The translations under genes and the position numbers were made by a program. The notes beneath the pieces are model-generated. The model had not been told where the DNA came from, ran no database searches, and worked only from the letters and a program-made list of their open reading frames with translations. From an uncultured Gammaproteobacteria bacterium (GTDB taxonomy: Bacteria; Pseudomonadota; Gammaproteobacteria; Steroidobacterales; Steroidobacteraceae), in the NCBI GenBank assembly GCA_963799885.1, contig CAWCYX010000010.1:110520-174519 (forward strand): a stretch of DNA of 64,000 nucleotides, read 5' to 3'. The stretch's first letter is position 1. Every line of letters begins with the position of its first letter. Below, one piece after another: positions 1-11,477 of the stretch.

Positions 1-361
1 CCTCGTTGCGCCGGGTCGATGCGTCGTCCTGGAACTCCCCGGCCTTGCGCGAAAACTCGCGCTGCTGGTCGCGCAGGGTCTTCTCCGCCTTGGCGCGATC
101 GGCTTCCGCCATGACCGCACCTTCCTTCTGCAACTTCTCGTCCTTCGCCTTGAGGTCGTTCTGCAAGGTCAGCAATTCGCGGCGCCGCGGCGCAAACTCG
201 TTCTCGAGCGCGGCCATCGCGGTCTTGGTCTGCGGAGCGTCCTCCAGCAGCTTCTGAAAGTTGACGACGCCCATTTTGACTTCCGCGCTTGCCGGGTGCG
301 CCGCCAAAAGGCCGCACAGACATAAGGCCAGGAACGAAATGCTGCGATTGAAAGTCGACAT
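1..361 (-). CDS. skp: Skp/OmpH periplasmic chaperone, 5' part only (runs off the window)
   Basis: Absent from the ORF track because it has no in-window stop. My reverse-strand translation from ATG 361-359 gives MSTFNRSISFLALCLCGLLAAHPASAEVKMGVVNFQKLLEDAPQTKTAMAALENEFAPRRRELLTLQNDLKAKDEKLQKEG... This is a signal peptide plus a K/E/Q-rich coiled coil. It lies directly downstream of bamA, as in the conserved bamA-skp arrangement. Confidence 0.75.
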   Translation of the reverse strand, partial: MSTFNRSISFLALCLCGLLAAHPASAEVKMGVVNFQKLLEDAPQTKTAMAALENEFAPRRRELLTLQNDLKAKDEKLQKEGAVMAEADRAKAEKTLRDQQREFSRKAGEFQDDASTRRNE

Positions 362-392
362 GTTAATGTTTAGGACCTCGAATAATGATGGG

Positions 393-2849
393 TCAAAAGG
401 CTTGACCGATTGAAAACTGAAAGCGCTCTGTTTCGTCGTTGAACTTGGTTGTGCTGCCGGGAAACGGATTTAACGGAATCCCGTACGAAAAACGGAACAG
501 GCCCAGCGGCGCAAGCCACTGCACCGCGATGCCCGTCGACCTCTTCAGATTAGCATAGTCGAAGTGGTAATTGACCGGGGTAATGTCGTCCGGCCCTAAG
601 AACTTGACCTTGTTCCCGGTTTGGAACACGTTGCCGATGTCGTAAAACCAGCTGACCCGGGCGGCGCTGCGCCACTTATCGGGCACCGGGAAAATCATCT
701 CGGCACGGTTGACGACGCGGAAATTTCCGCCAAAGGGGTTCCCGTAACCGATGTTGTCCTTCGGACCCAACCGGCTCTCGCGGTAGCCGCGCACGCTGTC
801 CGGGCCGCCGGCATAGTAGTTCAAATAGGGGGGCAATGCCGTCGTGCTGCCCAGCGGCGACGCGTAGTCTATCGTGGCAGTGAAGTCCAACAGCCACTTG
901 TGCCAGATGGGTACGTACTGCAGGTACTGGAAGTTCGAGGTGTAGTAGCGGATGGAGCTGATCGGCATCGTGATCCGCCCCGACACCGCCAGATGCAGGC
1001 CCCGGTCGGCGAACAGGGCGCGGTTACGCGTATCGAGGTTCCAACCCGCCGTCAATTCATACGTGTAAAAGTTCGTGCCGTACACCGTGTACGGACTATC
1101 CAAGGAATTGATGACACCGTCGCCGTTGGTATCCGCGAGCTCGCGCTGGAAGGTGGAGCCGTTCGATTTCACCCAGTCCACGGCTTGCTGAGCGCTGTAC
1201 CCTTGAGACACCACCAGGGTGTTCTTGTTGGCGGAAACACCGGCCTGCAGGTACTGGTATTCGGTGATCGGATAGGACCACTGCACTGCACCCGTGATCT
1301 GCTTGGTCGAGAATTGGGAAGACGCCGCAACGAACTGAGTGATGTCGCGGAAGGAAATCGAACTGGTGCGCGCCACGCCGTCGATGGTCGTATACGGATC
1401 GGTGTGCGAGAACACGTAGCTCTTGCTGTACTTGCCCGCGTTGATCTCGAGTGCAATGCGGTCGCCGGTTCCCATGAAGTTGCTGTGGACGAAATTGCCG
1501 TTCAAGCTGAACTTCTGGGATTCCGAATAGCCGATGCCTCCGCCGAATTGTCCGGGTAAACCCTCCTTGATGTTGTAATCCACGTCCACCAGATCCGCGC
1601 TGCCGGCGACCGGCTTGTTCTCGAACTCCACCTTCTCCACATAAGGCAGACGCTGCAGGCGCTCCTTGGAGCGCTCGATCGCGGAGTTCGACAACCACCC
1701 GCCCTCGAGCTGCCGCATCTCGCGGCGCAGTGTCTCGTCGTTGATGGCGGTGATGTTGTTGAAATTGATGTGCCGCACGTAGACGCGGTTGCCCGGCTCG
1801 ATGAAGAACGTGAGGGAGACGGTTTTCTTGTCGTTGTCGGGCGTCGGCACCGGGTCGATCTTGGCGAACGCATAGCCGTCGGCTCCGAGACGATAGCTCA
1901 TCAGCTCCTGCGAACTCGTCACCGCCTTGCGCGAGAAGATGTCGCCGGGCTTGATGAGCAGCAGCGCACGCAGCTGCGATTCCGGAACGACCATGGTGCC
2001 GGCGAGCTTGATTTCGGACACCTTGAAAACGTCGCCTTCAGTGACGTTCACCGTGATGTACATGTCGTCTTTTTCAGGCGCGATGGCCACCTGAGTCGAC
2101 TCGATCTGAAAGTTCGCGTAGCCGCGATCCATGTAATAGGAACGGAGCTTTTCCAAGTCCCCGGTCAGGGACTCGCGCGAATATCGGTCGTCCTGCTTGT
2201 ACCATGACAACCAATTCGGGGTCTTCAATTCGAAGCTGTCGAGGACGTCCTTTTCCTTGAACTTGGTGTTGCCGACCAGGTTGATCTGTTCGATCTTGGC
2301 GCGCTTGCCTTCCTTGATGTCGACGATCACATCGACTTTGTTGCCCGGCAGATCCGTGATTTTGGTGTCGACCCGCACCGCGTACTTGCCGCGGCTGAAA
2401 TATTGATCGGTGAGGTACTGCTTCACTTCGTCGAGCACCGAGCGGTCGAAGGTCTTTCCGGTGGCCAGGCCCACGTTTCGCAGACTCTTCTGCAGATCCT
2501 CGGTCTTGATGTCCTTGTTGCCCTTGAGTTCGAACTTGGCGATCGAAGGCCGTTCGATGACGACCACCAGCAGCGTATTGCCGTCGCGGCGCAATTCCAC
2601 GTCGCGGAAAAAGCCGGTGGCATAGAGCGCGCGCATGGCCTCGCCGATGCGTTGTCCGTCCAGGTGATCGCCGATGTTCACCGGGAGATAATTGAACACC
2701 GTGCCTTCCGAGATTCGCTGCAGCCCCTCCACACGAATGTCGCCGACGGTGAAGGATTCCTGCGAAGCCTGCGCTTGCGCCTGGACGGAATTCCCCAGCG
2801 GCTGGACGGCGAGCGCCACCAGGCCGAACAACCTTAATTCAAGCCGCAC
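393..2849 (-). CDS. bamA: Outer-membrane protein assembly factor BamA
   Basis: 818-aa ORF with a signal peptide. POTRA region starts FTVGDIRVEGLQRISEGTVFNYLPV. C-terminal beta-barrel ends ...ERFQFSIGQAF (terminal aromatic). Lies between rseP and skp. Confidence 0.95.
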   Translation of the reverse strand: MRLELRLFGLVALAVQPLGNSVQAQAQASQESFTVGDIRVEGLQRISEGTVFNYLPVNIGDHLDGQRIGEAMRALYATGFFRDVELRRDGNTLLVVVIERPSIAKFELKGNKDIKTEDLQKSLRNVGLATGKTFDRSVLDEVKQYLTDQYFSRGKYAVRVDTKITDLPGNKVDVIVDIKEGKRAKIEQINLVGNTKFKEKDVLDSFELKTPNWLSWYKQDDRYSRESLTGDLEKLRSYYMDRGYANFQIESTQVAIAPEKDDMYITVNVTEGDVFKVSEIKLAGTMVVPESQLRALLLIKPGDIFSRKAVTSSQELMSYRLGADGYAFAKIDPVPTPDNDKKTVSLTFFIEPGNRVYVRHINFNNITAINDETLRREMRQLEGGWLSNSAIERSKERLQRLPYVEKVEFENKPVAGSADLVDVDYNIKEGLPGQFGGGIGYSESQKFSLNGNFVHSNFMGTGDRIALEINAGKYSKSYVFSHTDPYTTIDGVARTSSISFRDITQFVAASSQFSTKQITGAVQWSYPITEYQYLQAGVSANKNTLVVSQGYSAQQAVDWVKSNGSTFQRELADTNGDGVINSLDSPYTVYGTNFYTYELTAGWNLDTRNRALFADRGLHLAVSGRITMPISSIRYYTSNFQYLQYVPIWHKWLLDFTATIDYASPLGSTTALPPYLNYYAGGPDSVRGYRESRLGPKDNIGYGNPFGGNFRVVNRAEMIFPVPDKWRSAARVSWFYDIGNVFQTGNKVKFLGPDDITPVNYHFDYANLKRSTGIAVQWLAPLGLFRFSYGIPLNPFPGSTTKFNDETERFQFSIGQAF

Positions 2850-2892
2850 GCGACAACGACCGACTGCAATCTCGATGAATCATGATTTCCCG

Positions 2893-4260
2893 TTAATTCA
2901 AATGTCTTGATATATCGTTATAAAACGCGAGGCTCATCAACACGACCAGCAGCGCAATCCCGACCTGCTGACCGAAATTCTGGGCACGCTCCGACAGCGG
3001 GCTGCCCTTCACCGCTTCCACCAACTGATAGACGATCTGTCCGCCGTCCAACAGCGGCACCGGCATCAGATTGAGCACGCCCAGGCTCACGCTGATGATG
3101 GCAAGGAAGGAGAGGAACGCCGTCAACCCGAGGTACGCACTGATACCGGCGAACTCCGCGATGCTGATCGGCCCGCTGATGTTCTTCGCCGAGACCTGTC
3201 CGGTGACGATCCGCCAGAGCATCTGCACGGTCAGCGAGGACATGTCCCAGGTTTTCATTGCGCCTAGAACCACCGCATCGACAGGCCCGGAGCGGCGCAT
3301 CGCGAGCAGACCCGGGGGCCACACCCGGGTGCCCTCGGCGAGCATGACGCCAAGCCGCCCGATCGGCCGCCCCTGCTCCATGACCCGCGCCACGGACGCT
3401 ACGATACGCAATTGCGACCCGCCGCGCTCCACTTCGATCGAAATATCTCGGCCCGGGGCGCTCGACACCATGGATTGGAAGTCCATCATGTTGACCACCG
3501 GCTGTCCGTCCACCGATAGGATTCGATCGCCGGGGCGCAACCCCGCCCGCCCGCCGGCACTGTCGGGCGGGGCGTCCTGGATCACCGTCTTGGCGCTCCA
3601 CGTCGCCAGTTCGAAGCCGAGACCCGGCATGAGTCTGCCCGGCTCGGTCAGCGCGACCCGGTCCTCGGTCACGCGCAGGACGACGGATTTCTCGGTGCCG
3701 GAGCGCTTCACCGTGAGGGGCACCAGGCCGTCGCCGGAAAAGCGGCGGATCAAAGCGATCTGCAGATCCTCTGCGTCGTCGACGCTGCGATCGCCGACCC
3801 GCACGATCTCGTCGCCGCGCTGCAAGCCCGCCACGGCGGCGGGACTGTCGAGCCGCACCTGCCCGACCACCGGTTTGACCACCTGCGATCCGACCATGGC
3901 CAGAACCGCGTAGAGCACGGTCGCGAAAATCAGGTTCATCGCCGGACCGGCGAGCAACACGGCAATCCGATGCAAGACCGGTCTACGGGTGAAAGAGCGG
4001 TGCAGCTCCGCGGGGGCGACATCCCCCTCGCGCTCATCGAGCAGCTTGACGTAACCGCCCAAGGGAATCGCCGCCACGCAATACTCGGTGCGGTCGGGGT
4101 CCCGGCCGACCCGCATCAGCAGCGGCTTGCCGAATCCGATGCTGAAGCGCAACACCTTGAATCCGAGTTTCTTGGCGACCCAATAGTGGCCGAACTCGTG
4201 GACCGCCACCAATATCCCGATCGCCACCAGGAAAGCGGCAATGAAAATCATAATTCTCAT
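2893..4260 (-). CDS. rseP: RIP zinc metalloprotease RseP (site-2 protease)
   Basis: 455 aa. HEFGHYW (HExxH) lies in the first TM region, followed by PDZ-like central segments and the C-terminal [12 protein letters not shown] motif. The start overlaps the dxr stop (ATGA). Confidence 0.9.
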   Translation of the reverse strand: MRIMIFIAAFLVAIGILVAVHEFGHYWVAKKLGFKVLRFSIGFGKPLLMRVGRDPDRTEYCVAAIPLGGYVKLLDEREGDVAPAELHRSFTRRPVLHRIAVLLAGPAMNLIFATVLYAVLAMVGSQVVKPVVGQVRLDSPAAVAGLQRGDEIVRVGDRSVDDAEDLQIALIRRFSGDGLVPLTVKRSGTEKSVVLRVTEDRVALTEPGRLMPGLGFELATWSAKTVIQDAPPDSAGGRAGLRPGDRILSVDGQPVVNMMDFQSMVSSAPGRDISIEVERGGSQLRIVASVARVMEQGRPIGRLGVMLAEGTRVWPPGLLAMRRSGPVDAVVLGAMKTWDMSSLTVQMLWRIVTGQVSAKNISGPISIAEFAGISAYLGLTAFLSFLAIISVSLGVLNLMPVPLLDGGQIVYQLVEAVKGSPLSERAQNFGQQVGIALLVVLMSLAFYNDISRHLN

Positions 4261-5462
4261 GCGAAGGCTCCAGCGCTAGGCTCAATCAAGGCAACCGCCA
4301 GGCGTCTCGCGGCGGCGTCGGCTGCGAACACGTCCTCCAGAGCCTTGACGGAGGACGAATCGAGGCGCTGCAATACCTTGTCAATGACCGTCGCAATGCC
4401 GGTAAAGTTCAAGCGGCGGTCAAGAAACGCCTGCACGGCAACCTCGTTGGCGGCATTGAGCACCGCCGGCGCGGTGCCGCCGGCACGCGCCGCCGCTCTC
4501 GCTAAGTCAAGGCTGGGGAAGCGCACATGGTCCGGCGGTTCGAAGTCGAGCCGCCCCACGATGCTCATGTCGAGCGATTGTACACCGGAAACAACACGCT
4601 CCGGCCACGCCAAGGCCTGAGCGATCGGCGTGCGCATGTCGGGCGCCCCGAGCTGCGCCAGCAGCGAGCCATCGGCGTATTCCACCAGCGAGTGCACCAG
4701 ACTTTGCGGATGCACGACCACCGAGACCTGCGACTCGGGCAAGCCGAACAACAGCGTCGCTTCGATGACTTCGAGCCCCTTGTTCATGAGCGTCGCCGAA
4801 TCGACCGATATTTTGCGGCCCATTTTCCACTTCGGGATGATTGCAGGCCTCGTCCGGAGTCACGTGCGGCAAGCAGCGCACAGTTCCGTGACGCGAAACG
4901 GGCCGCCCGACGCGGTCAGGATCACACGCGTCACGCCGCGCGCCGCATCGCCCGGCAGATAGCCCCCCGGCATGCATTGGAAAATCGCGTTGTGCTCGCT
5001 GTCGATGGGAATGATTTCGGTGCCGGCGCGGTGCACCTCATCCATCAGCAAGCTGACCCGACATCACCAGGGATTCTTTGTTGGCGAGCAGCACCCGCTT
5101 GGCGGCACGCACCGCGGCGAGCGTCGGCAAGAGCCCGGCGGCGCCGACGATCGCGGCCATGACCATCTGCACGTTCTCCCCGGTCACGGCGACGGCTGAG
5201 CGCTTCGAGACCGGACTCGACCCGCGTCTTCGATCCGAAACGCTCGAGTGCCGCCCGCGCCTCGCCGGCGGCCTTCGGATCGACCAGCACGACGACATCG
5301 GGCTCGAAGCGCAGCGCCTGTTCGACGACCGTCTGCCAGCTGCCGTAGGCCCCCAGCATCGCCACGCGAAAGCGGTCCGGATGCAGGCCGATGACCGCAA
5401 GCGTGCTGCGCCCGATGCTGCCGGTGGAGCCCAGAATGGCGATGCCGCGGATGGTCGCTCAT
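4257..5462 (-). CDS. dxr: 1-deoxy-D-xylulose-5-phosphate reductoisomerase, reading frame broken at least four times as sequenced
   Basis: Dxr peptides are all present but spread over three reverse frames. They are: [26 protein letters not shown] (own translation, about 5440-5370); [27 protein letters not shown] (ORF 5045-5365); [38 protein letters not shown] (ORF 5038-5400); [17 protein letters not shown]...[12 protein letters not shown] (ORF 4860-5051); [11 protein letters not shown] (ORF 4507-4977); [22 protein letters not shown]... (ORF 4257-4823). Confidence 0.85.
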
Positions 5463-6271
5463 TCGATGACCCCGGAGCCGAATAGGCCCAATGCGTACAG
5501 CGGTGCGGCGGCGGTTACACTGTCGATCCGGTCGAGAAGTCCGCCATGCCCCGGCAGCAGGTTGCCGCTGTCCTTTAATCCCGCGCCCCGCTTGAACATG
5601 CTTTCGGTAAGATCCCCGATCACGGAGAAGATTCCGACGGCGCAGCCGAACATCACCCCGGCCGCCACGGGCAGCCCGAAATGCAGGCAGCCGACGAGAG
5701 CGACCAGTGCCACGGCGCCGAAACCGCCGACGGCGCCCTCCCAGGTCTTGCCCGGACTCACGCGCGGCGCCAATTTATGCCGGCCCAAACTGCGCCCCGC
5801 GAAATATGCGCCGATATCGGCGGCAAATACCAAGAGCAACATCCAAAGCACCATCTCGGGACCGCGCGCGAAGCCACGCACTGCGACCAATATGCGGGCC
5901 AAGGCAATGAACGCGGGCACCAGGACGGGCACGCCGCAGAACAGGGCCAGTGCCGGCCGATGCAATCCCGGGGCAACGCAGAGCCACAGCAGGGCGATCA
6001 TCCACCACAGGCAAGCCGCTTTCAGCAGCGTCAGCAGATGCAGGGAATCGGCGCTCCAAACCCACGCGGCGGCCGACAGCGCTACCATGGCCGCGGTATA
6101 CGCGATTCTCGAAGCACGGGAGCGCAGCGCCCCGAAGCCGGTCCACTCCCAGGCGGCCATGGTGAATATCACAGCAAACACCAGCACGGTCCACGGCGTG
6201 GGCAGCGCGAAGAGGCTGAAGAACAGGGCCGCCAGCAGGGCCGACGCGGTCAGGATGCGAATCCTAAGCAT
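5459..6271 (-). CDS. cdsA: Phosphatidate cytidylyltransferase (CDP-diglyceride synthase)
   Basis: The track ORF is 5459-6508, but its first 79 aa are Ser/Arg-rich read-through across uppS. A plausible start is ATG 6271 ([18 protein letters not shown]...). The product is multi-TM and carries the C-terminal signature [28 protein letters not shown]. Confidence 0.85.
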   Translation of the reverse strand: MLRIRILTASALLAALFFSLFALPTPWTVLVFAVIFTMAAWEWTGFGALRSRASRIAYTAAMVALSAAAWVWSADSLHLLTLLKAACLWWMIALLWLCVAPGLHRPALALFCGVPVLVPAFIALARILVAVRGFARGPEMVLWMLLLVFAADIGAYFAGRSLGRHKLAPRVSPGKTWEGAVGGFGAVALVALVGCLHFGLPVAAGVMFGCAVGIFSVIGDLTESMFKRGAGLKDSGNLLPGHGGLLDRIDSVTAAAPLYALGLFGSGVIE

Positions 6272-7004
6272 CGGCTTCCGCGGCGAGTTGCGCGGAGGTC
6301 TTGCCGAAGCGCCGCTCGCGCTCCGTGAAGAACTTGAACGCCGCATCGAGATGCGCCGCCGTGAACTCCGGCCATAGGATGTCGCAGAAATAGAGCTCGG
6401 TGTACGCGAGATTCCACAACATGAAATTGCTGATTCGCTGCTCGCCGCCGGTGCGGACCAGGAGATCAGGATCCGGAATTCCCCCACACGCGAGCCGGGC
6501 TGCCACATGCGATTCTTCGATCTCGGAGGCGGCCAGGACGCCCGCGGCCACGTCGGCTGCCAGCGAACGGCATGCCTCGGTCAGGTCCCAGCGTCCTCCG
6601 TAGGCCAGCGCCACCGTCAACACCAAGCCGGCATTGCGCGCGGTCAGCGCCTCGGCATCGACCATGCGCTGTGCCAGCGCGGCGCCCAATAATTTCCGAT
6701 CCCCCATGAAACGCAGCTGCACCCCGTTACGATGCAGCTCGGCGACTTCCCGCTCCAGCGCATCCAAGAAGAGGTTCATGAGCATTCCGACCTCATCGGG
6801 AGGTCTGCGCCAGTTCTCGCTGCTGAAGGCGAACAGCGTCAAATACCCGACATTGCGGCGTGCGCACTCCTCGACGACCTTGCGCACCACCTTGACGCTG
6901 GCACGGTGGCCGGCCGGGCGCGGCAGGCCGCGCAGACGTGCCCACCTGCCGTTGCCGTCCATGATGATGGCGACATGCGTCGGCGACTCGGCCCTAGTGC
7001 TCAC
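6264..7004 (-). CDS. uppS: Undecaprenyl-diphosphate synthase (cis-prenyltransferase)
   Basis: 246 aa. Motifs HVAIIMDGNGRWA and RTGGEQRISNFMLWNLAYTELYF. Confidence 0.92.
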   Translation of the reverse strand: MSTRAESPTHVAIIMDGNGRWARLRGLPRPAGHRASVKVVRKVVEECARRNVGYLTLFAFSSENWRRPPDEVGMLMNLFLDALEREVAELHRNGVQLRFMGDRKLLGAALAQRMVDAEALTARNAGLVLTVALAYGGRWDLTEACRSLAADVAAGVLAASEIEESHVAARLACGGIPDPDLLVRTGGEQRISNFMLWNLAYTELYFCDILWPEFTAAHLDAAFKFFTERERRFGKTSAQLAAEADA

Positions 7005-7047
7005 GGGAAATGCGGGTGCTGCATATAGGAATACTAGAGACAGGCTC

Positions 7048-7607
7048 CTAGACCTGCATCAATTCCTTTTCCTTGTCCGCCATCGCTTGATCGATTTCCG
7101 CCACATGCTTGTCGGTCAGCTTCTGAACGTCATCCTGCGCGCGGCGATCTTCGTCCTGCGCAATGAGCTTCTCCTTCAGCATCTCCTTCAAGTCGTTCAT
7201 GACTTCGCGGCGCACGTTGCGCACCGAGACTCGCGCAGCTTCCGCTTCCGAGCGCACGACCTTCGTGATGTCGCGCCGCCGCTCTTCGGTGAGCGCAGGC
7301 ATCGCAGATGCGAATCAAGGTGCCCGGCCGTATTCGGCGTCAGACCCAGATCGGACTTGTAGATCGCCTTCTCGATGATAGGGACCATGGCCTTCTCCCA
7401 CGGCGTGACGGTGAGCGTGCGGGCATCCTCCGTCGCGACGTTTGCCACCTGGTTCAGCGGCATCTCCGAGCCGTAGTAGTCGACCTTGATGTGTTCGATC
7501 AGGCTGGTATGCGCCCGGCCGGTGCGCAGCTTCTTCAGTTGGTCTCTGAACGTCGACACGCACTTCGCCATGCGCAGCGCGGCGTCTTTCTTCAATTCGT
7601 CGAGCAT
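7048..7607 (-). CDS. frr: Ribosome recycling factor, two frame changes as sequenced
   Basis: N-terminal part is ORF 7197-7607 ([57 protein letters not shown]...). C-terminal part is ORF 7048-7302 ([32 protein letters not shown]...[25 protein letters not shown]). The short linker GTLIRI reads only in the third frame. The breaks are at the C-run 7323-7325 and at 7303-7306. Confidence 0.85.
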
Positions 7608-7618
7608 GGTCCTACCCC

Positions 7619-8366
<748 letters not shown>

Positions 8367-8443
8367 GGTCGGGTACCCTACTATAAAAGACCCCGCGTGC
8401 GCGGGGTCCCTAACTCATCTTAATGGGTGCATGTAATTGAGTC

Positions 8444-9373
8444 TCAGTGTTTCTTGGGGCCGCCGTCGTCCGGACCCTTGTTGCTGTCCTTGTCCTGGGC
8501 CTTGACCTGATCCATGACATCTTTGACGAAATCATCCTGTTTCTTTTCGATGCCTTCACCCACTTCATAGCGGACGAACTTCACGACTTTGGCGCCGGCC
8601 TTCTTCACCAACTTCTCCACCGTCGTATCGGGATCCTTGACGAACGGCTGGCCCATGAGGGTAATTTCGGCCAGGTACTTGCGCAAACGGCCCTCCACCA
8701 TCTTGGCGATGATATCGGGGGGTTTCTTCTCCCCCTTCGTCTGCTCGGTGAGGATCTCACGCTCCTTGTCGAGCACCGCCGCAGGTACCTCGCTCGCGTC
8801 GATGTACGCCGGCTTTACGGCGGCCACATGCATGGCCAGATCGCGCGCCAATGCTTCATCCCCGCCCTCGAGGGTCACCAGGCTGCCGATACGGCTGCCG
8901 TGGACGTAGGTGCCGAGGGCTCCCGGGGCGCTGACCTTGACGAAACGGCGCACCGAAATGTTCTCGCCGATCTTGGCGATCAACGCCCGGCGCTGGCCCT
9001 CAAAACTGCCGGCAGCATTCGACGCGGCCAGCAATGCGTCGAGAGTGGCGGGAGAGTTCGCCAAGGCGGTCTTGGCAAGATCTCGCGCGAATGCCTGGAA
9101 CTCATCGCTGCGCGCAACGAAATCGGTCTCGCAATTGACTTCCACGAGCGCCGCGCTGTTACCGCTGCGCTCGGCAGCGACGGTGCCTTCCGCCGCGACC
9201 CGCGCCGCCTTCTTGTCGGCCTTGGCGAGCCCGGTCTTGCGCATGAGTTCGGCGGCGGCGTCCAGATCACCCTTGGTTTCGACCAGAGCCTTCTTGCACT
9301 CCATCATGCCGGCGCCGGTGCGCTCGCGCAGTTGTTTGACTGTATCTGCGGTAATATTCATGGTGTTCAACAC
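8444..9373 (-). CDS. tsf: Translation elongation factor Ts
   Basis: N-terminus [41 protein letters not shown] is the EF-Ts UBA-like domain. The track start is a GTG; ATG 9361 (MNITAD) is equally possible. Confidence 0.93.
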   Translation of the reverse strand: MLNTMNITADTVKQLRERTGAGMMECKKALVETKGDLDAAAELMRKTGLAKADKKAARVAAEGTVAAERSGNSAALVEVNCETDFVARSDEFQAFARDLAKTALANSPATLDALLAASNAAGSFEGQRRALIAKIGENISVRRFVKVSAPGALGTYVHGSRIGSLVTLEGGDEALARDLAMHVAAVKPAYIDASEVPAAVLDKEREILTEQTKGEKKPPDIIAKMVEGRLRKYLAEITLMGQPFVKDPDTTVEKLVKKAGAKVVKFVRYEVGEGIEKKQDDFVKDVMDQVKAQDKDSNKGPDDGGPKKH

Positions 9374-9485
9374 CGCCCTTGGCGGCAGTCGTCCTTACGT
9401 TCCTGCAAGTTAAAAGGTAGGCGGCCGGCGGGATTGACCCGCACCTCGCCGAACGCCCATCAAAGTCGCGTAGCACCGAGCGGTG

Positions 9486-10475
9486 TCAACCGCGCCGCGG
9501 CGCTCCCGTGCTGCGGCCCACCGGCCGCCGTCGCGGCGCGCTGGCCGGCCGGGTCTCGGCCGGAGCGGCATCGGCGACGTCGACATCGTCGATTTCCACG
9601 TCCTCTGCGGCAACCGCCGCGGCGGCCACGCCCGGAATCACAGTGACCGGTACCTTGCGGCGCGGCGGCGGCTTGCGGCCGCCGCGGGCGGGGGCTTGCG
9701 GCGGACGGCGTCCGCTACCGGCAGTGCGCTTCTTGGGGTTGCCTTCCTCGTCGAGCTCCACGAACTCGTCCTCTCCCACCGGGACTTCCGGCAGCGCGGC
9801 CTTGCCTTCCAGCACCGAGTCGGCGACGCCGCCGGCGTACAGCAGGATCGCGCGCATGGCGTCGTCGTTGCCGGGAATCACGTAATCGATGCCGTCGGGC
9901 GAGCAATTGGTATCGACCACGGCGACCACCGGGATGCCCAGCTTCTTCGCCTCGTGGATGGCGATTTCCTCATGACCCACGTCGATGACGAACAAGGCAT
10001 CGGGCAGCGCCGTCATGTCGCGGATGCCGCCCAGGCTGCGCAGCAACTTGTCCATCTCCCGGCGCAGCATCTGCGCTTCCTTCTTGCCGCGGCGGTCGAG
10101 CGAACCGTTCTGCGCCATTTCGTCCAGCTCGTTCAGCCGCTTGATGGATTGCCGAATGGTCTTGAAATTCGTGAGCATGCCGCCGAGCCAGCGCTGGTTC
10201 ACGTAAGGCATGCTGCAGCGCGCGGCCTCCTTTTGGACGGCATCGCGGGCCGACCGCTTGGTGCCCACGAACAAGATCTTGCCGCCTTCCGCGGCAACGC
10301 TCTTGATGAAGGCCGAGGCCTGTGCGTACAGAGGCTGGGTCTTCTCGAGGTTGATGATGTGGATTTTGTTTCGCTCGCCGAAAATGAACGGAGCCATCTT
10401 CGGGTTCCAGAAGCGGGTTTGGTGCCCAAAATGGACGCCCGCTTCCAGCATCTGTCGCATCGACACGCTGGTCAT
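9486..10475 (-). CDS. rpsB: 30S ribosomal protein S2 with an Arg/Pro-rich C-terminal extension
   Basis: Track ORF is 9486-10565. An SD (CCAGGAGAT) precedes ATG 10475, giving [46 protein letters not shown]. The canonical S2 core ends near ...[12 protein letters not shown] and is followed by about 85 extra residues. Confidence 0.9.
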   Translation of the reverse strand: MTSVSMRQMLEAGVHFGHQTRFWNPKMAPFIFGERNKIHIINLEKTQPLYAQASAFIKSVAAEGGKILFVGTKRSARDAVQKEAARCSMPYVNQRWLGGMLTNFKTIRQSIKRLNELDEMAQNGSLDRRGKKEAQMLRREMDKLLRSLGGIRDMTALPDALFVIDVGHEEIAIHEAKKLGIPVVAVVDTNCSPDGIDYVIPGNDDAMRAILLYAGGVADSVLEGKAALPEVPVGEDEFVELDEEGNPKKRTAGSGRRPPQAPARGGRKPPPRRKVPVTVIPGVAAAAVAAEDVEIDDVDVADAAPAETRPASAPRRRPVGRSTGAPRRG

Positions 10476-10688
10476 CGTTAAATCTCCTGGTCGGGTTGAG
10501 CCTCCGCGCATCCCAATCGGCAACCCGTCGAACCCCTTGAATCGGCCCAAAAAGCCTATAATCACAAACTATAAAACCAAGGGAATCGCCGGGCACCCGG
10601 CCGATTGTGACGACACGCGTGCGGGGTTGTTAAAAATAGCCGCGCTTTATACCATGAACACCCATCGGAAATAAAGCTCAAGGCCGCC

Positions 10689-11477
10689 ATGAACGTGACC
10701 ATCAAATCTCCAGCGGAACAGGATAAAATGCGCGCCGCGGGCCGGTTGGCAGCCAGCGTGCTCGATATGATCGAGCCGTTCGTGCAGCCCGGGGTAACCA
10801 CCGACGAGCTCGACAAGCGCTGTCACGACTTCATCGTCGACGAGTTGCAGTCGATTCCGGCTAATCTCAATTACCGGGGCTTTCCGAAGACCATTTGTAC
10901 GTCCGTGAACCACGTGGTCTGCCATGGCATCCCTGGGGACAAAAAGCTAAAGTCGGGCGACATCGTCAATATCGATGTCACGGTCATCCGCGACGGCTTT
11001 CATGGCGACACCAGCCGGATGTACTTCGTAGGCTCCGCCCCCATACTTGCCCGCAGACTTTCGGAGGCTTGCCACGAAGCCATGTGGCGGGGCATCCGCG
11101 AGGTCAAGCCGGGCGCCCGCCTGGGCGATATCGGACATGCGATTCAGACTTACGCCGAAAGCAACCACTTTTCGGTGGTGCGCGAATATTGCGGGCACGG
11201 CATCGGTCGGGTCTATCACGAGGATCCTCAGGTGCTGCATTATGGCAAGCCGGGCACCGGCCTTGAACTCACGGCAGGCATGACCTTTACCATCGAACCC
11301 ATGATCAACGCGGGCCGCCGCGACGTCCGGCTGTTGCCCGATGGTTGGACGGTGGTCACCAAGGACCAATCGCTGTCGGCCCAATGGGAGCATACGATCC
11401 TGGTGACGGACGTCGGTTTCGAGGTGCTCACGTTAAGCGCGGCCGATGCGCTCCCCGCCGCCGCGGCGGCCTCTTGA
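10689..11477 (+). CDS. map: Type I methionine aminopeptidase
   Basis: 262 aa. Motifs VCHGIPGDKKLKSGDIVNIDVTVIRDGFHGDTSRMY, GHGIGRVYHEDPQVLHY and TIEPMINAG. Confidence 0.93.
   Translation: MNVTIKSPAEQDKMRAAGRLAASVLDMIEPFVQPGVTTDELDKRCHDFIVDELQSIPANLNYRGFPKTICTSVNHVVCHGIPGDKKLKSGDIVNIDVTVIRDGFHGDTSRMYFVGSAPILARRLSEACHEAMWRGIREVKPGARLGDIGHAIQTYAESNHFSVVREYCGHGIGRVYHEDPQVLHYGKPGTGLELTAGMTFTIEPMINAGRRDVRLLPDGWTVVTKDQSLSAQWEHTILVTDVGFEVLTLSAADALPAAAAAS

Noticed and set aside
621-1559. Long ORFs antisense to, or overlapping, clear genes. Examples: 621-1559 (+) opposite bamA, 8447-9646 (+) opposite tsf, 11240-12085 and 12980-14152 (-) opposite glnD, 19455-20639 (+) opposite the adaptor, 62270-63928 (+) opposite the GGDEF-EAL gene.
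   Set aside because: Their translations are Arg/Ala/Gly/Pro-rich with no motifs, and they lie opposite ORFs with unmistakable family signatures. They are the shadow ORFs expected in high-GC DNA.
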